DNA of 64,000 nt, taken from assembly GCA_002269645.1 (NCBI GenBank), contig NIVC01001605.1, positions 29,218 through 93,217 of the forward strand. Reading direction: 5' to 3'. This stretch comes from Macrostomum lignano. Its lineage: Eukaryota. Shown piece by piece: positions 1 to 14,952 of the stretch. How positions within the stretch are numbered: position 1 is the stretch's first letter; each line of letters begins with the position of its first letter. The notes under the pieces are model-generated. The model ran no database searches. It worked only from the letters and a program-made list of their open reading frames with translations, and had not been told where the DNA came from. A program made the position numbers and the translations under genes.

Positions 1-329
1 ATCACAGGAAGCTATAGAACGAGAGCTACGGTTGAAAGTATCACTACTTTTTGGACACCCTAAGTAGTCCAAAGTCCTAAGTAGTTTAAGGATTCCTAGC
101 TAGGAGGAGGGCTATTTGATGATTTCAAATGCCTTTTTCGTGTTTCATTGATAAAATAATTTCTTATAATCGATAGTTTGTTTCACATTTACGCAAGCTT
201 GGCACGTTGGGTTTTGGTTATCGACAATGAGTTATAAACAATTTTTGTACGCTTAGATTATGTTTACAATATAGATACGGACCTCAGAGCTTCGATAGTT
301 TTCAGGTTTCTTGTACCACTTTCAACAAG

Positions 330-3018
330 CAGCATAGCTGATTTATCGCAGTTTCCAAGGTGATTGTTAATTCAAGCGGCTGTATATTCTTGGTCAATTT
401 CGTCTACCTGATCGGCATTAATATTCACTACTAACTCGCTCGCTCTGTACGTATATCCACGTTGCGTTGCCCATGAGCTTCGAATGCTATATATGAGCAT
501 TAACTATTTCCCTCCACTGCAGAGCCGTTCTCTCGACCGCCGGGCTGATTGCTTATTCGTATTCTTCGTCATTAGCTCCCTCTCCTCAGTGTTTAGCTAC
601 TTCATTTACAAGAGATGGTTGCGTGAAATCTAAGCGTTCCTCGTTGCTGTGCTATTTGCTACTAATAGAAGCCAAATTCGTTTTTAGTAAATATTTGTTT
701 AACTGTTCTGACAGTTAACAATAATATTCATTTTTGAGTTGAGTTCATTTTTGAACTGTAAAATAATATTTTACTATTAGGTTTGTTATGATGCTGCTAG
801 TTTGTTTTAATTATACATATCTCAAAATTAATATATTGACTAGGTCTTTTGGATAGTATAAATAGATGCGAAGTGGCTAGTGAGCCAACCAACTTGTTGC
901 ACTGAGTATTGTTACCTTGTATCTTGTTTTCAACTTGTTTCAGTTAATCTTTTCAACTGTTTTCAAATAACCCTGAGACTTGGAAATCTTTTCGAAGAAG
1001 GAAATAGAATTAAGGAAGTCATACACTGTATATTCTAATGCCGGCATACATTGCCGGCAGACGTGAGCTTCAGCCTAGCACCAGTCAGCACAAGCCGACG
1101 TTGTGAAGCTCGCCCTACAGTCACCGGGCGGGAAAGCGCAGGGTCCGGACGAGGTGCCCATCGAGGCGCTGCGCATCCACTGTGTGGCCAGTGAGGGCGC
1201 CAGAGTGATGAATCGCGCGCTCTTCGGTGAGGAGGCACACAACAAATGGACCACGGCGCACATCGTCGCAGTTCCTAAGAAGCCGCGGGCACCACGAGGC
1301 TTGATGAGCATCGAGGTATCTGCATCCAGTCCTGCGCTGCGAAGTTGTTCAACCGGATGCTGCTATCGCGGTTGCAGCCCGTGCTGGATCCGTACCTGCG
1401 TTCTGAGCAGAACGGCTTTCGGCCACATCGCGGCACAGTGACGCACATTCTGGCTCTTCGGCGGGTCATCGAGGAAGCGCGGATACGCCAGTTGATCCTG
1501 ATTGTTATCTTCATAGATTTCAAGAAGGCATATTTGACTCGGTCGTCAGGTCTGTGCTTCCAAAGGTGCTCCGTGCGTAAAACGTGCCAGAGCAGCTGAT
1601 TTCCGCCATCATGGCGATGTACCCTGATACGAAAGCTGCTGTTTAAACACCGGACGGCCTATCGGACTTTTATGAGACATCCTCCGGGATGCTTCAGGGA
1701 GATACGCTTGCGCCGTTCCTGTTCGTTCTGGAGCTTGACTGGGTGCTGCGGACCGCTCTTCCTACCAACGACGACGGCTTTCTGTTGCGGCGACGCGTGG
1801 GTCGATGTCAACCGGAGAGGCGGTTTAGCGTGCTTGGCTACGCTGACGACATCGCCCTGCTGTCCTCAACTGTCGAGGGCGCCCAGCGACAAATGGACAA
1901 GCTAGTTGCTGTTGCGGCGAGTGTCGGCGTGGTGGTCATCGGCCTGGTGGACGACATCGAGACAGCGATTTTGTGCCGAGGCGCTGATGGACAGGCGACA
2001 AACTTCCGCGTGTCAGCAGTTCGTCTACCTCGGCGGTCTGGTTCCCGGCGTCTGCGAGGATTTGCGGCGTCGCCGCGGGCTTGCCTGGACTGCCTTTCGT
2101 TTCGCATGATGCTGGTCTGCTGCGCGCCGCCTTCAAGATCGGCTACTAGCGAGTGACCAACACGGCGCCGTCGTGGTCTGTCCAAGCGACCTGTTGCGCC
2201 GTCGGCGACTCCAGCTGGAAGACCACATCATCCACGACGAGTCGTACGCTGCTAACGCTGCTGCAGGCACCCTACCTGCGGGGGCAGGCGCGCACTCGGC
2301 GTTTCCTCGACTGCCCGCTGGCTGACGCCGGCGCCCCGGATTCGGCAGGCGGCGTGGCGTTCATTCGCGACCTGGCCTTGAAGCGCGCCCTGTGACGCTC
2401 ACCGCATATTTTGTTGTTTTTTGTATTTACTAATGATACACAGAATACTAAGGAGATCGAATTGAAACGTAGTCGATCTTAGAAATAAGTATACAGTATT
2501 AAGAAGGCCGTGACCCTCTAATATTCGTAACGACTAAGGACTGGATGATTGAATACTTGGATACGAGCGTATCCACTGGGAAATTCAAAACGAAGAGTTG
2601 TTCCAAGAGACACATTTACATGTGTAAGAACTTTCAGGCCAAATAGTAGACCGCTCGGTTACTAATTACGCTACCAGTAAGGAGTAAGAAATACTAGCTC
2701 AGATATATACTCAGACTTGTTCTCCAGACGTATTAGCCCTTTGATGTTAGCACTCAACTTCTCTATTCCTTTCCTAGTGTCTAGCAACAATGTTTCAATG
2801 GTGTCAATGTTCTGTCACACTCTCCTCCCATTGCTGTTATGCGGCCTATCGATTCTACGATAGGTGTCTCGTATTCTCCTTCATGTCACCTCACAGAGGG
2901 CTTTGCATAGCGTTTCTATTTATAAGCGCTGCCTTTGTTCTATTGTGTCTGAACTGTCGCCTCTCTGACCTCCGAGCGCCTCTGCGCGCCCCGTTCCCAG
3001 CCTGACTCTCTTTCAAAC
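330..3018 (-). mobile_element. LTR-like repeat, interrupted copy (about 330-650 plus 2745-3018) split by a ~2.1 kb nested insertion
   Basis: 470-640 and 2750-3010 align by eye, collinearly, to the contiguous stretch 9450-9950. TATA-like ctatatat motif near 505. Boundaries approximate. Confidence 0.5.
1056..2420 (+). mobile_element. Degenerate 5'-truncated RTE-like non-LTR retrotransposon (RT)
   Basis: Broken ORFs carry RT motifs (QNGFRPHRG, IFIDFKKA, QGDTLAPFLF, YADDIALLS). Ends in a (GTT)n-like tail near 2410. Same family at 32215-34996, 60715 and 63345. Confidence 0.9.
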
Positions 3019-3147
3019 ACCAACTGCATTATAAAACATTGTGTACTTTTTTGGAGGCTGATTTCCTGGGAAAAAACACTGCAGAGATAAGAGAAAATGA
3101 CTTTTTCATTACAGAATCAATACATGCTTACATTTGATGTGGGACAG

Positions 3148-4086
3148 TGTAGAGAGCCGCTAATCATACCGTATTGCACTACTTCAAGTAACATCTAAGA
3201 AAATCAATTAAAACTCGCAATCTATTTTTAGAATGAGTCATCATGCGTCATTCTATTTTAAAATATCTATTTTTAGAATGAGTCATGTGGAAACAGAAGT
3301 GACTCAGAGCCATACGTAGGACCAACGTTTATTTGATCAAGGAACTGGTTCTGGAGAGTTGTATTTGCTTAATTCCATATATGGTGATGATCAAACATTC
3401 ATGACCCCTTAATCAAACACGCATGACCTAAATAAATAACCGGATTTTAAACCAGTTTTCACCAAAATTTTACCATAAATATAAGCGACTCGGAGCGGTC
3501 TCAAGGAAGACTTTGGAATCGTTAACTAAGAAGACCCATCTCTGAGAGAAGAAATCCTCAAAGAGATTGGTAAGCGTTACCCGATTTAGTTCTTTGCTAT
3601 AGCACTAATAAGTTGATTAATTGAGTTTACGAGAGCCACTTGTTGTCGACACATTTGAGAAAGGCCTCCTTGTTTCCTAGGATATATTCCTAGAGGATTA
3701 TTGAGTTGATTTGAGTTATCCGTTACGTTTCGGACGTATCGAAGAAGACGCCCTTCAGGAGGACCTATTACAGAAAGTTAAAGAATTCAATTGTTCATAG
3801 GGGCGCACGTTCTATTGTTAATTCCGAGCTCGAGGACCGTCACAAGAATTCTGATTCGCACTCGTTTTGGTCGACCCACAGATAAAGTTAAGGACTCCAG
3901 GAGACAACACAGCTGTTCACCGGAACCGGCCGCCACCGCTCAGCCAAGTCAGACAGCGCTACACACTACTCGTACAAGACCTCTGCAGTAAGAGTTATTC
4001 GAATTTGAAAATTCCTAGGCACTTGTTCCCCAGTGCCTAGGAGTGGGAGTTTTTGAGTGACTCATCACCACCCAATAAACTCTTCA
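3148..4086 (+). mobile_element. Solo LTR (Gypsy-type)
   Basis: Termini TGTAGAG...CTCTTCA, 4-bp TSD ACAG (3144-3147, 4087-4090), TATA-like ataaatata near 3475. Patchy similarity to 62274-63254. Confidence 0.8.
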
Positions 4087-4419
4087 ACAGTATAAATTAC
4101 CATTCTATTAATTTAGAATGCACACTCCAACCAATAAATTTGCGCTTAAGTTAGCAAAGTTGCAATCGCTGCAATCTTTTCTTCCTTTTTACATCAAGTA
4201 TATTTGTAAAAAAAATTCGCATGCAGGTACTCTTAAGCCATGCAAGAATGCTAGTTATATTAACTAGACTAGAATATTAAATGTAGACAATTTATCAATA
4301 TTGTTTTTCATATTGTTGTTGACCTATAGTCTTTGGAAAGCTTTTAATTTTTGAGCTAGGCCTAGTCCAGATTTTTATTACAAATATACTTGATTTAAAA
4401 AGGAATAAATAAAAAATCA

Positions 4420-5920
<1,501 letters not shown>

Positions 5921-6188
5921 CCTTATTGCCGTAAAGACGAGTTTACCGAATAGAGATCAAATAAAAATCGACAAAGACGCCAAACTTTGCTCGCATTTAA
6001 AGCATGAATGGTTCTGCCGAAACTATATACTAGTTGCAATGGTATTACATGCGTCTGCGACATGCAGAACATGCAGCTTCTTTAAATCTATAAAAACGAA
6101 TAAGGGGGAACAACTGCTGTCCAACTCCAGATAAATCTTTTAGATCGCCATACAACAGCCTGCAACCCCAGCAAAAGTTGTTAGTCTC

Positions 6189-6281
6189 GTTTCCATCGGC
6201 AACTGGTGGCCCAGTAATTGGCCTCACGCCCTGCCGCCAATCCCCCCCCCCCCAGAACAGAAGCAGAGCAGCGGCTATAAA
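6189..6281 (+). promoter_or_regulatory. Promoter of glycine-rich gene 1: X-box-like GTTTCCATCGGCAAC (6189-6203) and TATAAA (6276-6281)
   Basis: Both motifs are conserved in order and at similar spacing in the paralog (14784-14798, 14864-14869). Confidence 0.55.
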
Positions 6282-6364
6282 CCTGTAGCAGCAAAGGCAG
6301 ACAACTCATCTATAAGCTCTTGACTGCTCACACAAGCTCCGGAATCCAAAATCCAAGTTGCACC

Positions 6365-8529
6365 ATGACTGCAGCCCGCAGTGCAGCTCTGCTGGCTCTG
6401 CTGTCCGCCCTCTGCTGCCAGTCTGTCCGCTGCGCCACCTTCACGGTGCCAACTGTCAACCTCTGCGCTATCGAACTGCCCCTTCCAGGTGCAACCAATG
6501 CCACGTTCAAGGAGGTCTCCGGGGTCACGGATTATCGGATCTGCGCAGTGGAATGCGCGGCCAGAGGGCGGCTGAGTTGCTCCGTGTTCCAGATGCTGCA
6601 TCCGGGAGACAAGGTCGGCTCGGTGACGCTGAGCAGCGGAAAGTGCGTGCTCGGCTCCTCGTGCGACCTCACCGATAAGTGGAAGTCGCAGTCGGGCTCG
6701 GGCTGTCTGACACAGCTGCTGGATAACCGGCCTGAATGCAGTGCGACAACAACGAAGACCGATTCGACCACAACTCCGACAACAAAAACCACAACCCCGA
6801 CAACAACGAGAACGACTCTGACAACAACAACGACAACTCCGACAATAACAACGGCCACAACACCGACAACAACGACAACGACTACGACCACCCTGACCAC
6901 AGCTCCGACAACAACAACGACCACAACTCCGACAACAACAAGGACCACAACTCCAACAACAACAACCACCTCAACTTCGATAACAACGCCCACAACTCCG
7001 ACAACAACAAGAAAAACTCCGAAAACAACAACGACAACTCCGACAACAACGACCACAACCCCGACAACAAAAACCGCTACCCCGACAACAACGAGAACGA
7101 CTCCGACAACAAAAACAACCACAACTCCGACAACAACAACGACCACAACACCGACAACAACGACCACAACTCCGACAACAACAACAATCAAAACTCCGAC
7201 AAAAAAAAACAACCACAATTCCAAGAACAACACGAACAACTCCGACAACAACGACCACAACTCCGACAATAAAAACCACAACTCCGACAACAACAACGTC
7301 AACCCCGACAACAATGACCACAACTCCGACAACAACAACGTCAACCCCGACAACAATGACCACAACTCCGACAAGGAAAACAACTCCGACAACAACAACA
7401 ACCACAGCTCAGACAACAACGACCACAACTCCGACAACAACAACGACTACAACTCCGACAACGACGCCCACAACTCTGATAACAACGACAACTCCTACAA
7501 CAACAACAACGACAACTCCGACAACAACAACGACTGCTGCCCCGCAAGTGTTGACCGGTGAGTTATTTTTAGCTTAAGACTCAATTGCGTTTAAAACACA
7601 GAAATATTTTTCTACATGCAAGTTTTGAGGTACAAAGTAGTCGAAATCTCATCGTTGTTTGATCTAATTTAAAAAGCAACCAACTCGCTGAATCCAATGC
7701 AGCCCCGGCCGCTGCGACCACCCAGAGGGGCAGCCTCGTGACCCACTCAATCGACGCTACCGGCTGCTACAAGATCAGCGCTTGGGGCGCTCGAGGCGGC
7801 AGCGCCGGCGGCTCCACGGTCGGCGGCAAGGGCGCCCTCGCATCCGGCCACTTCAGACTGGACGCCGGAGTCACGCTGGCGATTATCGTTGGCAAGGTCG
7901 GCAGCGACAAACTTGGCGGTGGAAATAACGCCGCTGGCGGCGGCGGTGGCACCTTCGTCTATGTCGACGGTAGCGACACGTCGTCAGCACTGCCGCTGGT
8001 TGCGGCCGGCGGCGGCGGCGGCAGCGGCTCCGGTGACGGCTGCGACGGAATCGACGGAAGCAGCGACCAGCCCGGGACGAGCGGCGGCGGCGACGGAGCG
8101 GGCGCTGGCGGCACAGACGGCAACGGTGGCCAAGCGAGGACATCGGGCAGAGGAAACGGCGGCGCCGGCGCCGGTTGGAGATCGGCAGGGGACGACGGCT
8201 CCGGCGGTAAGAAGGGCCACGGCGGTGAGAGCTTCGGCAGCAGCTGGAGCGGCGGCGACGGCGACGACGCGTTTGGCGGCTACGGTGGTGGCGGCGGAGG
8301 CGGCGGCGGCGGCAGCAGCTCGGGCGGTGGCGGAGGCGGCGGCTTCTCGGGCGGCGGCGGCGGCTCCGGCAATTGCGGCGGCGGCGGCGGCGGTGGCAGC
8401 TTCGTGGCTACCGAGGCGACGAGCGTCGTGAAGACGAGCGGAGCGAACTCGGAGCCGAACGGTCGAGCGGAGGTGCAACTGGTTGGTCCGTCCACCGCAC
8501 CGCCGTGTCTGCTCGACGGGTCGACTTGA
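6365..8529 (+). CDS. Secreted protein 1: signal peptide + PAN/apple-like Cys domain + long Thr/Pro mucin + ALK/LTK-type glycine-rich domain. Exons 6365-7557 and 7703-8529; +1 frameshift at A9 run 7201-7209
   Basis: caccATG start; hydrophobic leader MTAARSAALLALLSALCC; 8-Cys domain with CxxxC; GTGAGT donor at 7558 and CAG acceptor at 7702, phase-1 compatible. Exon 2 has GCYKISAWGARGG...LAIIVG...GGGGGTFV...PLVAAGGGG...GGGGGSF. Confidence 0.85.
6740..7535 (+). repeat. Coding Thr-rich tandem repeat (about 21-27 bp, ccgacaacaacgaccacaact-like)
   Basis: Direct inspection; encodes PTTTTTT-type units. Confidence 0.9.
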
Positions 8530-8939
8530 CTCAAGAAAAAGAAGCTGGATGTTCGAGTTTTACAACATCACATCTTCTCGAAAGTGTCAACTAAGCTGCT
8601 TCATACTAATTTACTAAGCTGAACTTTTTAAAGCCAAATAATTACCACCTACCGTTAATAATTTACCGTTTAAGACAAGGACTTTACGACGTGAACGGTT
8701 TAAGACGACAAACTGTTTTGTCGAAAGAAAATAAATAAATAAATAAATGAATAAATAAATAATACACCAGTGCACTAAAAACCCTGCTAATATCCTTACC
8801 TTTGGGTCGCATAAGCTGCCTAAATGATTTCTTATCTGATTAGTTAAAATATTGAAATAAAACTTGCTGTTATTACAATATTTTATGATAAAGCAAAATT
8901 AATATCCCTTTTTTCAGGTAAACAACTCCAAATGTTTCT

Positions 8940-9954
8940 GTGTAATAGTGTCGTCGTACTCAATCTTGTACGTCTTTAGCTTGGCCTCTCGGCTTGAGCG
9001 AGAATAGGAATAAGATCCTAACACTGTCTTCTTGAACAGTATGCATCTTGCTGCTGGAGGTTGGTTGCTGGGTTCCAACTGAGGAGCGCCCTTCATACCC
9101 CAAGCCAGAGGGAGGTTTTAGCTGCGAAGTTATCTTATATTCCTCTTCTCTGGTCAATTTTGTCTACCTTGGCATTAAAAGTGACTGCTAAAACCACTGG
9201 GGAAGACAATTCGATGGATTGTCTTCAGGACTTCTCATCCCGACTCTATTCTTCTAAACTGCAAATAGTTTACGTCGTTTGACAGGTGGAATTCACTGTT
9301 TCCTTTCACGTACATCATGCGCTTCCGAGCAATATAATTTTGTTACATCCACCGTTTCCAAGGTCGTAATTTGTGGAGCTACAATGGGCATTTCTTTCGG
9401 CGCCATTGCTGACTCGTTTGGATCCCAATAAACTCGCTTCCAGAACTGCGTTGCCCTTAGCTTCGAATACTATATTTGAGCATTAACCTTTCCCTCCACT
9501 GCAGAGCGGCTCTCTCGACCATCCGGGTGACTGCTTCTTACCACGTCAGCTCGGCCTCCCTAACCTCAATGTTTACAGTGTACTTCAGTCATGAGAGATA
9601 TATAGTTGCGGGAAATCTTAAGCGTTTCTTGTTAGCACTCAACCTCTCTATTCTTTTCCTAGTGTCTGATAACAATGTTTCTATGGGGTCACTAAGCTGT
9701 CACTCAGTCTCCCATTACTGATATGGCCCTGTCGATTCTTTATCTTTCTTAATTTCTATGGGGTCACTAAGCTGTCACGCAGTCTCCCATTACTGATATG
9801 GCCCTGTCGATTCTATCCTTCAAGTCCCCTCTACAGAGGTTTGCATAGCGTTTCTATTTAAAAGCCCTGCCTTTGTTTTATTGTGTCAGAACTGTCGGCG
9901 CCTCTCTGATCTCCGAGCGCCTCTGTGCCCCCAGTTCCCAGCCTGCCTGAAACA
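8940..9954 (-). mobile_element. LTR-like repeat, contiguous copy
   Basis: Homologous to 330-650 plus 2745-3018. Candidate TG/CA ends but no clean TSD. Confidence 0.45.
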
Positions 9955-10684
9955 TCGTGTCATTTTTGGAGGCCAGTTTCTTTCAAAAACACGGAGGGAT
10001 AAGAAAAAACTATTTCTTCATTACAAAACCAATTCTTTCAATTTAGCATGCACAGCATGTTGTTCTGTAGTATTTTATAGAGATGTGCATTAAAAGTTTC
10101 ATTTTCATATTGATGAATTATGAATTAATTTATATTTTCATAATTCATCAGATTAGCTATCCTGTCCTAATCTCAAGACCTGTCTAAATTATTAAATTAA
10201 TACATGTAAGCTGAGTTCTCAACTGAGCAGCATTAAACAGCCGCCAAACTGTGTACACAACTTTCCTCGAATCTCCCATGCAAGTTTCACTTGCACAGCT
10301 CACACTCGGCACCGTGGGGGCATACATTACATAATCAACAAGCTGAGAAATTGGGTGCAACACAAGAAGGATGATAAAATTGTTTCATTTAGTTTTGTAA
10401 GCCCCACAGCAACATTCGACCTTCGAAACACTGTTGACTCTAGAAAAAGAGTTCTACAATATCACCATCTTCTTCTCCCTGCTAAGTGTCCTTTGGCTTT
10501 AATTTTCAAAGCTAATTAATTACCTGCATGCAGTTACCGTTGAAAACTTTCACCGTTTTAAGAGAGGAACTGTACCTTGAACGGTTCAATCAATATCAAA
10601 TTTCTGCTTTCCACGGGGTATTTCGAAGGAAAATAAGATTCATAAATATACCAGTGCTCTAGAAACCTCGAGAATATTTTACTT

Positions 10685-11530
10685 TTCAGTCACTTGACTT
10701 ACTCGAGCTAGCGAGCTGCAGGGTGGTCCGTAGACTCAGCGGGGAGGTCGCCCATTCCGCTAGCCCCTGAAAGCCCGCAGACAGGCAGAGGGCAGGTCAA
10801 GGTGGTCCCCCGGTCCGTCCTGCAGCGTGATCTTCCGTAGGGGACAAAGTGGCTCGTATTGTCGCCCGAAGCAAACTGGATGAGCCGTGGGATGCTGGCG
10901 GGCTGGCAGACCTCGTCAATGGACGGAATCGGCCCGAGGTAGCGTAGCCGGTCTCTGTTGAAGAAAAAGCTGTCAAAGACAAAGTGCTCAGAACATTCGT
11001 TGTCGTATTCGCAAAAAGGTCAAAGTTCACATTCGAGGTCTCCTTGGATTAAGCAGTGTCTGGAGAGGTAGCCATGACCGGTAAGTGTCATGACCTGAGC
11101 GCGAATGTCCTTCCGGTTTTTGGTTCAGAAGGACCTTTCTGAGCCTGCGGGAGGGGCACGGAGCCGTTGCACGTGATTTCCGGCAGTTCTGGCTGCCCGC
11201 CCATCTGTGCCTGTGAGGGGAATCAGCCCAGTTATTGATCTGACGATTGATGACCGTAGAAGGGATAGGGGAACAGGGCTAGAGAAGGGGCCAGAGCCGC
11301 GTCTCTTGCAAGGGTGTCTGCCAACTCGTTCCTCGAAAACCTGCTTGATCTGGGATCCATTTCAGTCTGACAGTATTGCTACTGGCCAGGAGGTTGAGCT
11401 GCCGGGCGCAGTCAGCGACTATCCGGGACATCGCTGGTTGGCATCCAGCCGGGCTTGTTTCCTGGGGGGAGGGGAGGGGGGCAGGGGTCGCTATGGTTTT
11501 TTTTTTGGACCGACAGCAGCAGCCTCCCAA
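10685..11530 (-). mobile_element. Degenerate RNase H-containing LINE remnant (second copy)
   Basis: RNase H motif VRLKWIP...GFRG (11279-11530) and TLTGHGYLSRH. 3' UTR and tail resemble 4430-4530. Confidence 0.75.
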
Positions 11531-12199
11531 GGTTCCCCTGTAATATCTAACAATAAGTGCTGACTAACAGAACACTGTAATTACTTGAGCAAGTAAGAAT
11601 CTTAACACGACGACTGTGCGTTTCTATTTGCACCAAATAATAAATTACCTCAAGATTGAAAATAAAGAATAATATCTACTTATTCTACATTTGCATATTT
11701 GTTTACTTTTAGTAGAGTAGTCAGAACACTTTGCAAATGCTTACATTTTCATTAATTAGTAAAATACGTCTGGCCGGAGGGCTCGCGGATGCGCGTCCAG
11801 GTTTGTCGCCAGACAAAAGGGCGGCGCTGGCGCCAGAATCACCGGCTGGAGTTGCCGGGGTCCCGGCTTCAGTGGATTACTTGAGGCGGTAAAAAATATT
11901 TCCTATTTCTAAGAAGTATCCTATTTTCAAGAAACATCCCATTTCTAAGAAATATTTCGGCACCATGGCCTGCTGCATGGCACTGATTGGTCTGTCTGGC
12001 ATTCCCTACCTGTCCACCGATCTGCTCACTATTGGCTACAGATTCGCTGGCCTGGGGATGTGTGGCTACGGCCAGTGAATCATCTGGGCATTGCGCCACG
12101 ACTTTCTTTCTTCTTGATGGGACTGTCCAATGGCCTTGACACCGTTTCATGTGTCTGTGCGATAGCTTTTCGTTGGGGTTTCGAGGCCTGGTAGGATGC

Positions 12200-12552
12200 A
12201 GATTTGGGGATGTGCAGATTGAAGAATGTGCAGATTGGGGAATGTGCAGATTGGGGAATGTGCAGATTGGGGAATGTGCAAATTGGGGAATGTGCAGATT
12301 GGGGAATGTGCAGATTGGGGAATGTGCAGATTGGGGAATGTGCAGATTGGGGAATGTGCAGATTGGGGAATGTGCAGATTGGGGAATGTGCAGATTGGGG
12401 AATGTGCAGATTGGGGAATGTGCAGATTGGGGAATGTGCAGATTAGGGAATGTGCAGATTGGGGAATGTGCAGATTGGGGAATGTGCAGATTGGGGAATG
12501 TGCAGATTGGGGAATGTGCAAATTGGGGAATGTGCAGATTGGGGAATGTGCG
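12200..12552. repeat. 16-bp minisatellite (tgtgcagattggggaa), about 22 copies
   Basis: Direct inspection; nearly homogeneous units. Confidence 0.95.
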
Positions 12553-13289
12553 GATTTGACATTCGACTAGCAAAGAGGCGAGCGCACACGCAGCACAGAT
12601 GAGCAAAGAGCAGGGAATGTGCTCACAAAGAGTTCAAGGCAGCTCTGACTGTATCATGTTCAAGTAATGTAGACACTCTGAATAGCCTTCATGTGCACTA
12701 CTCGCGGTGAAAAGTCCCATGTCTTTTTTGTGCGACAGCCTCAAAAAGATTAATGTGGCCGCGCACTTTCAATCTGAGGCATTTTCCAATTTTTCTGCAA
12801 GGAATCTTCGAAAACTTGACTTAAGGCTCCAAATTTAAAAAAAAAACAAGACTATGGATAGCCTTGTCTTTAGAAAGCTATCAATTTTTTAAGCTAAGGC
12901 CTAGCTTAAGGCTAAGAGTACTTGCAGTCAACATTTTTTTACAAATATTCAAGTAGATTCAGGATAGAAGAAGTTTGCAACTTTTGGCTTGGGGTGATGA
13001 AATACTCGTAAATACAACAGATTGGCATGCTTTGCATGTTAAATTAAGACAGATTTCGGCGATTTTTTCACCTCGATGGTCAGATAAAGAATTTAGTTCA
13101 TGGCTGAGAAAGTGGGGGGGAGGGGTATTTACCTTCATCAGAAACACTACACATGTAGCAGGGATTTTGCGTATTATGCTTCATCAATTTTTGTTCCTGT
13201 TCTCTGAAGTTGTTTGATTAAGTTCTCAAGGATTAATAGGGATCGAGCGCGAGCAAATGAAATGCTCAGCAGCATTAAAAGTTGCCACA

Positions 13290-13400
13290 TTTTGCCTCAG
13301 TCACAGACCAATAAGTATTCAGGCATTCAGGTTTCAGCCTTCTTGGATGTGCCGCACACGTTGAAGCTGATTCGAAACCATTGGCAGTCCCTGGCAATAT
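13290..13400 (+). pseudogene. Possible P-element/THAP9-type transposase remnant
   Basis: FLDVPHTLKLIRNHW resembles the DVPHLLKxxRN motif of P/THAP9 transposases. Surrounding frames are broken. Confidence 0.4.
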
Positions 13401-14783
13401 TTTTTCGCCGAACAGAGGAAATAGTGAATGTAAATTTGTGTGGATGCTGCAGCAAGTACAGGAAAGCCACGGACTCAGACTGGGCAATAAGTTTTTCTCA
13501 ACATTTAGGGAGCGGCTGGTGCATGCCGGAGATGGGATAAATTTATATAAATAAATTAATATAATTTATACGCTCGTAGTCTTAGAACCAGGTGAAGGTG
13601 AGCGTAGCTATTCATGTACTCTTATTGGTGTTTGTATTCTATCTGCAACAACAAGAAAGGCCTCATTTTGTCTTACAAGTGTTTATTTTTGTTTTTGATC
13701 AATATGGGTAAACCAATAAAATAATGCTGCCCATTTAAACTGTTTAATTGCACATAAAGTTTGGGATAAATGGTTAGAAATCCATATCCCACGGCAAAAG
13801 GCAACAATAATACAACAGGCCCCATGTTTGAGGGGTAGGAAGCGAAGCCCTTGTTATCGATCGTCAGGAGGTGGGAGCTGGGGTACTTGGTCTGGTTATT
13901 ACTTATTTGTCTGTGGCCTCAGTAAGCAAATTCCCTTGGATCTCCCATGCAAGTTGTAAAACTCACACTTTACACCGCGATGGCCTTTTGTAGGGAGAGC
14001 AGTAGAAAATAGACCAAGAACAACAACTTTTTAAGAAGAATCACACGCAAGTTTTGTAGTTGTTTTCGTAATAAATTGACAGATTGACTAATTGTAGTAA
14101 ATGCCTATAGTTTATATACATATAGCGACACTGTTTTGCGATATTTGAACGTGTCAAATTATGGTTTATAGTTTCATTTAACTGGGAAAGTTTAAATTCA
14201 CGTCTTCATTTAACTTATACATGATCATAATAATGTCAAAGTGCCCAGATTTTGCTCAACGTCGGTCTAACGATTGACTTATAAGGTATTAACCTAGCTA
14301 TTAAAACTCAGAATTACATTACTCTGTAACACTGTTACGATAAAAATAGCCTTAGATAATCAATTAGCACACTGTCTGCTTCCCACTCCGTCACTAAGCC
14401 GTCCAACCCCTCATCAAATTATAAATAAGAAAAAACGACGCACCTAACTTGAATCACCGAGACGCTGCAGGGGTTCATAAAACTTGAATAGAGCTTAGAT
14501 ACATAAAATTATCTCCTAAGCCTTGGGTAAGTGATCGGGGGTAGGGCAGGTCTAGTGCCATGCTTCATCAGGATCTCAGCAAGGGCATTTGTAGCAGCTG
14601 CGAGTATATGACTGCCCCACTGCTGCCAAATGATCCTAACCATCCAATTAGTAGGGGGCTGTCCCACCCCCTAGTCACCGTTGAATACAGGCAAAGCATT
14701 CATATGGCTCCGGTGCTGTTATCTCTCTGCTGTGATGGAGCAGAGAGGCGCGCCCCACCCAGCCGCAATATTTGTTAGTGGCC

Positions 14784-14869
14784 GTTTCCATTGGCAACTG
14801 GTGGCCCAGTGATTTGCCTCACCCCGTGCCGCCAACCCCATGCGCAGAAGCAGGAACCGCCGCTATAAA
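14784..14869 (+). promoter_or_regulatory. Promoter of glycine-rich gene 2: X-box-like GTTTCCATTGGCAAC and TATAAA
   Basis: Conserved with 6189-6281. Confidence 0.55.
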
Positions 14870-14952
14870 CCTGCAGTAAAGACAGGCAACTCATCACAGC
14901 TCTTGACTGCTCACAGAATCTCAACTCCGGAATCCAAAATCCAAGTTGCATC

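Noticed and set aside
6532-7547. Val-rich antisense and Asn/Asp-rich alternative-frame ORFs
   Set aside because: Shadows of the Thr-codon repeat; only the Thr frame joins the signal peptide and the splice donor.
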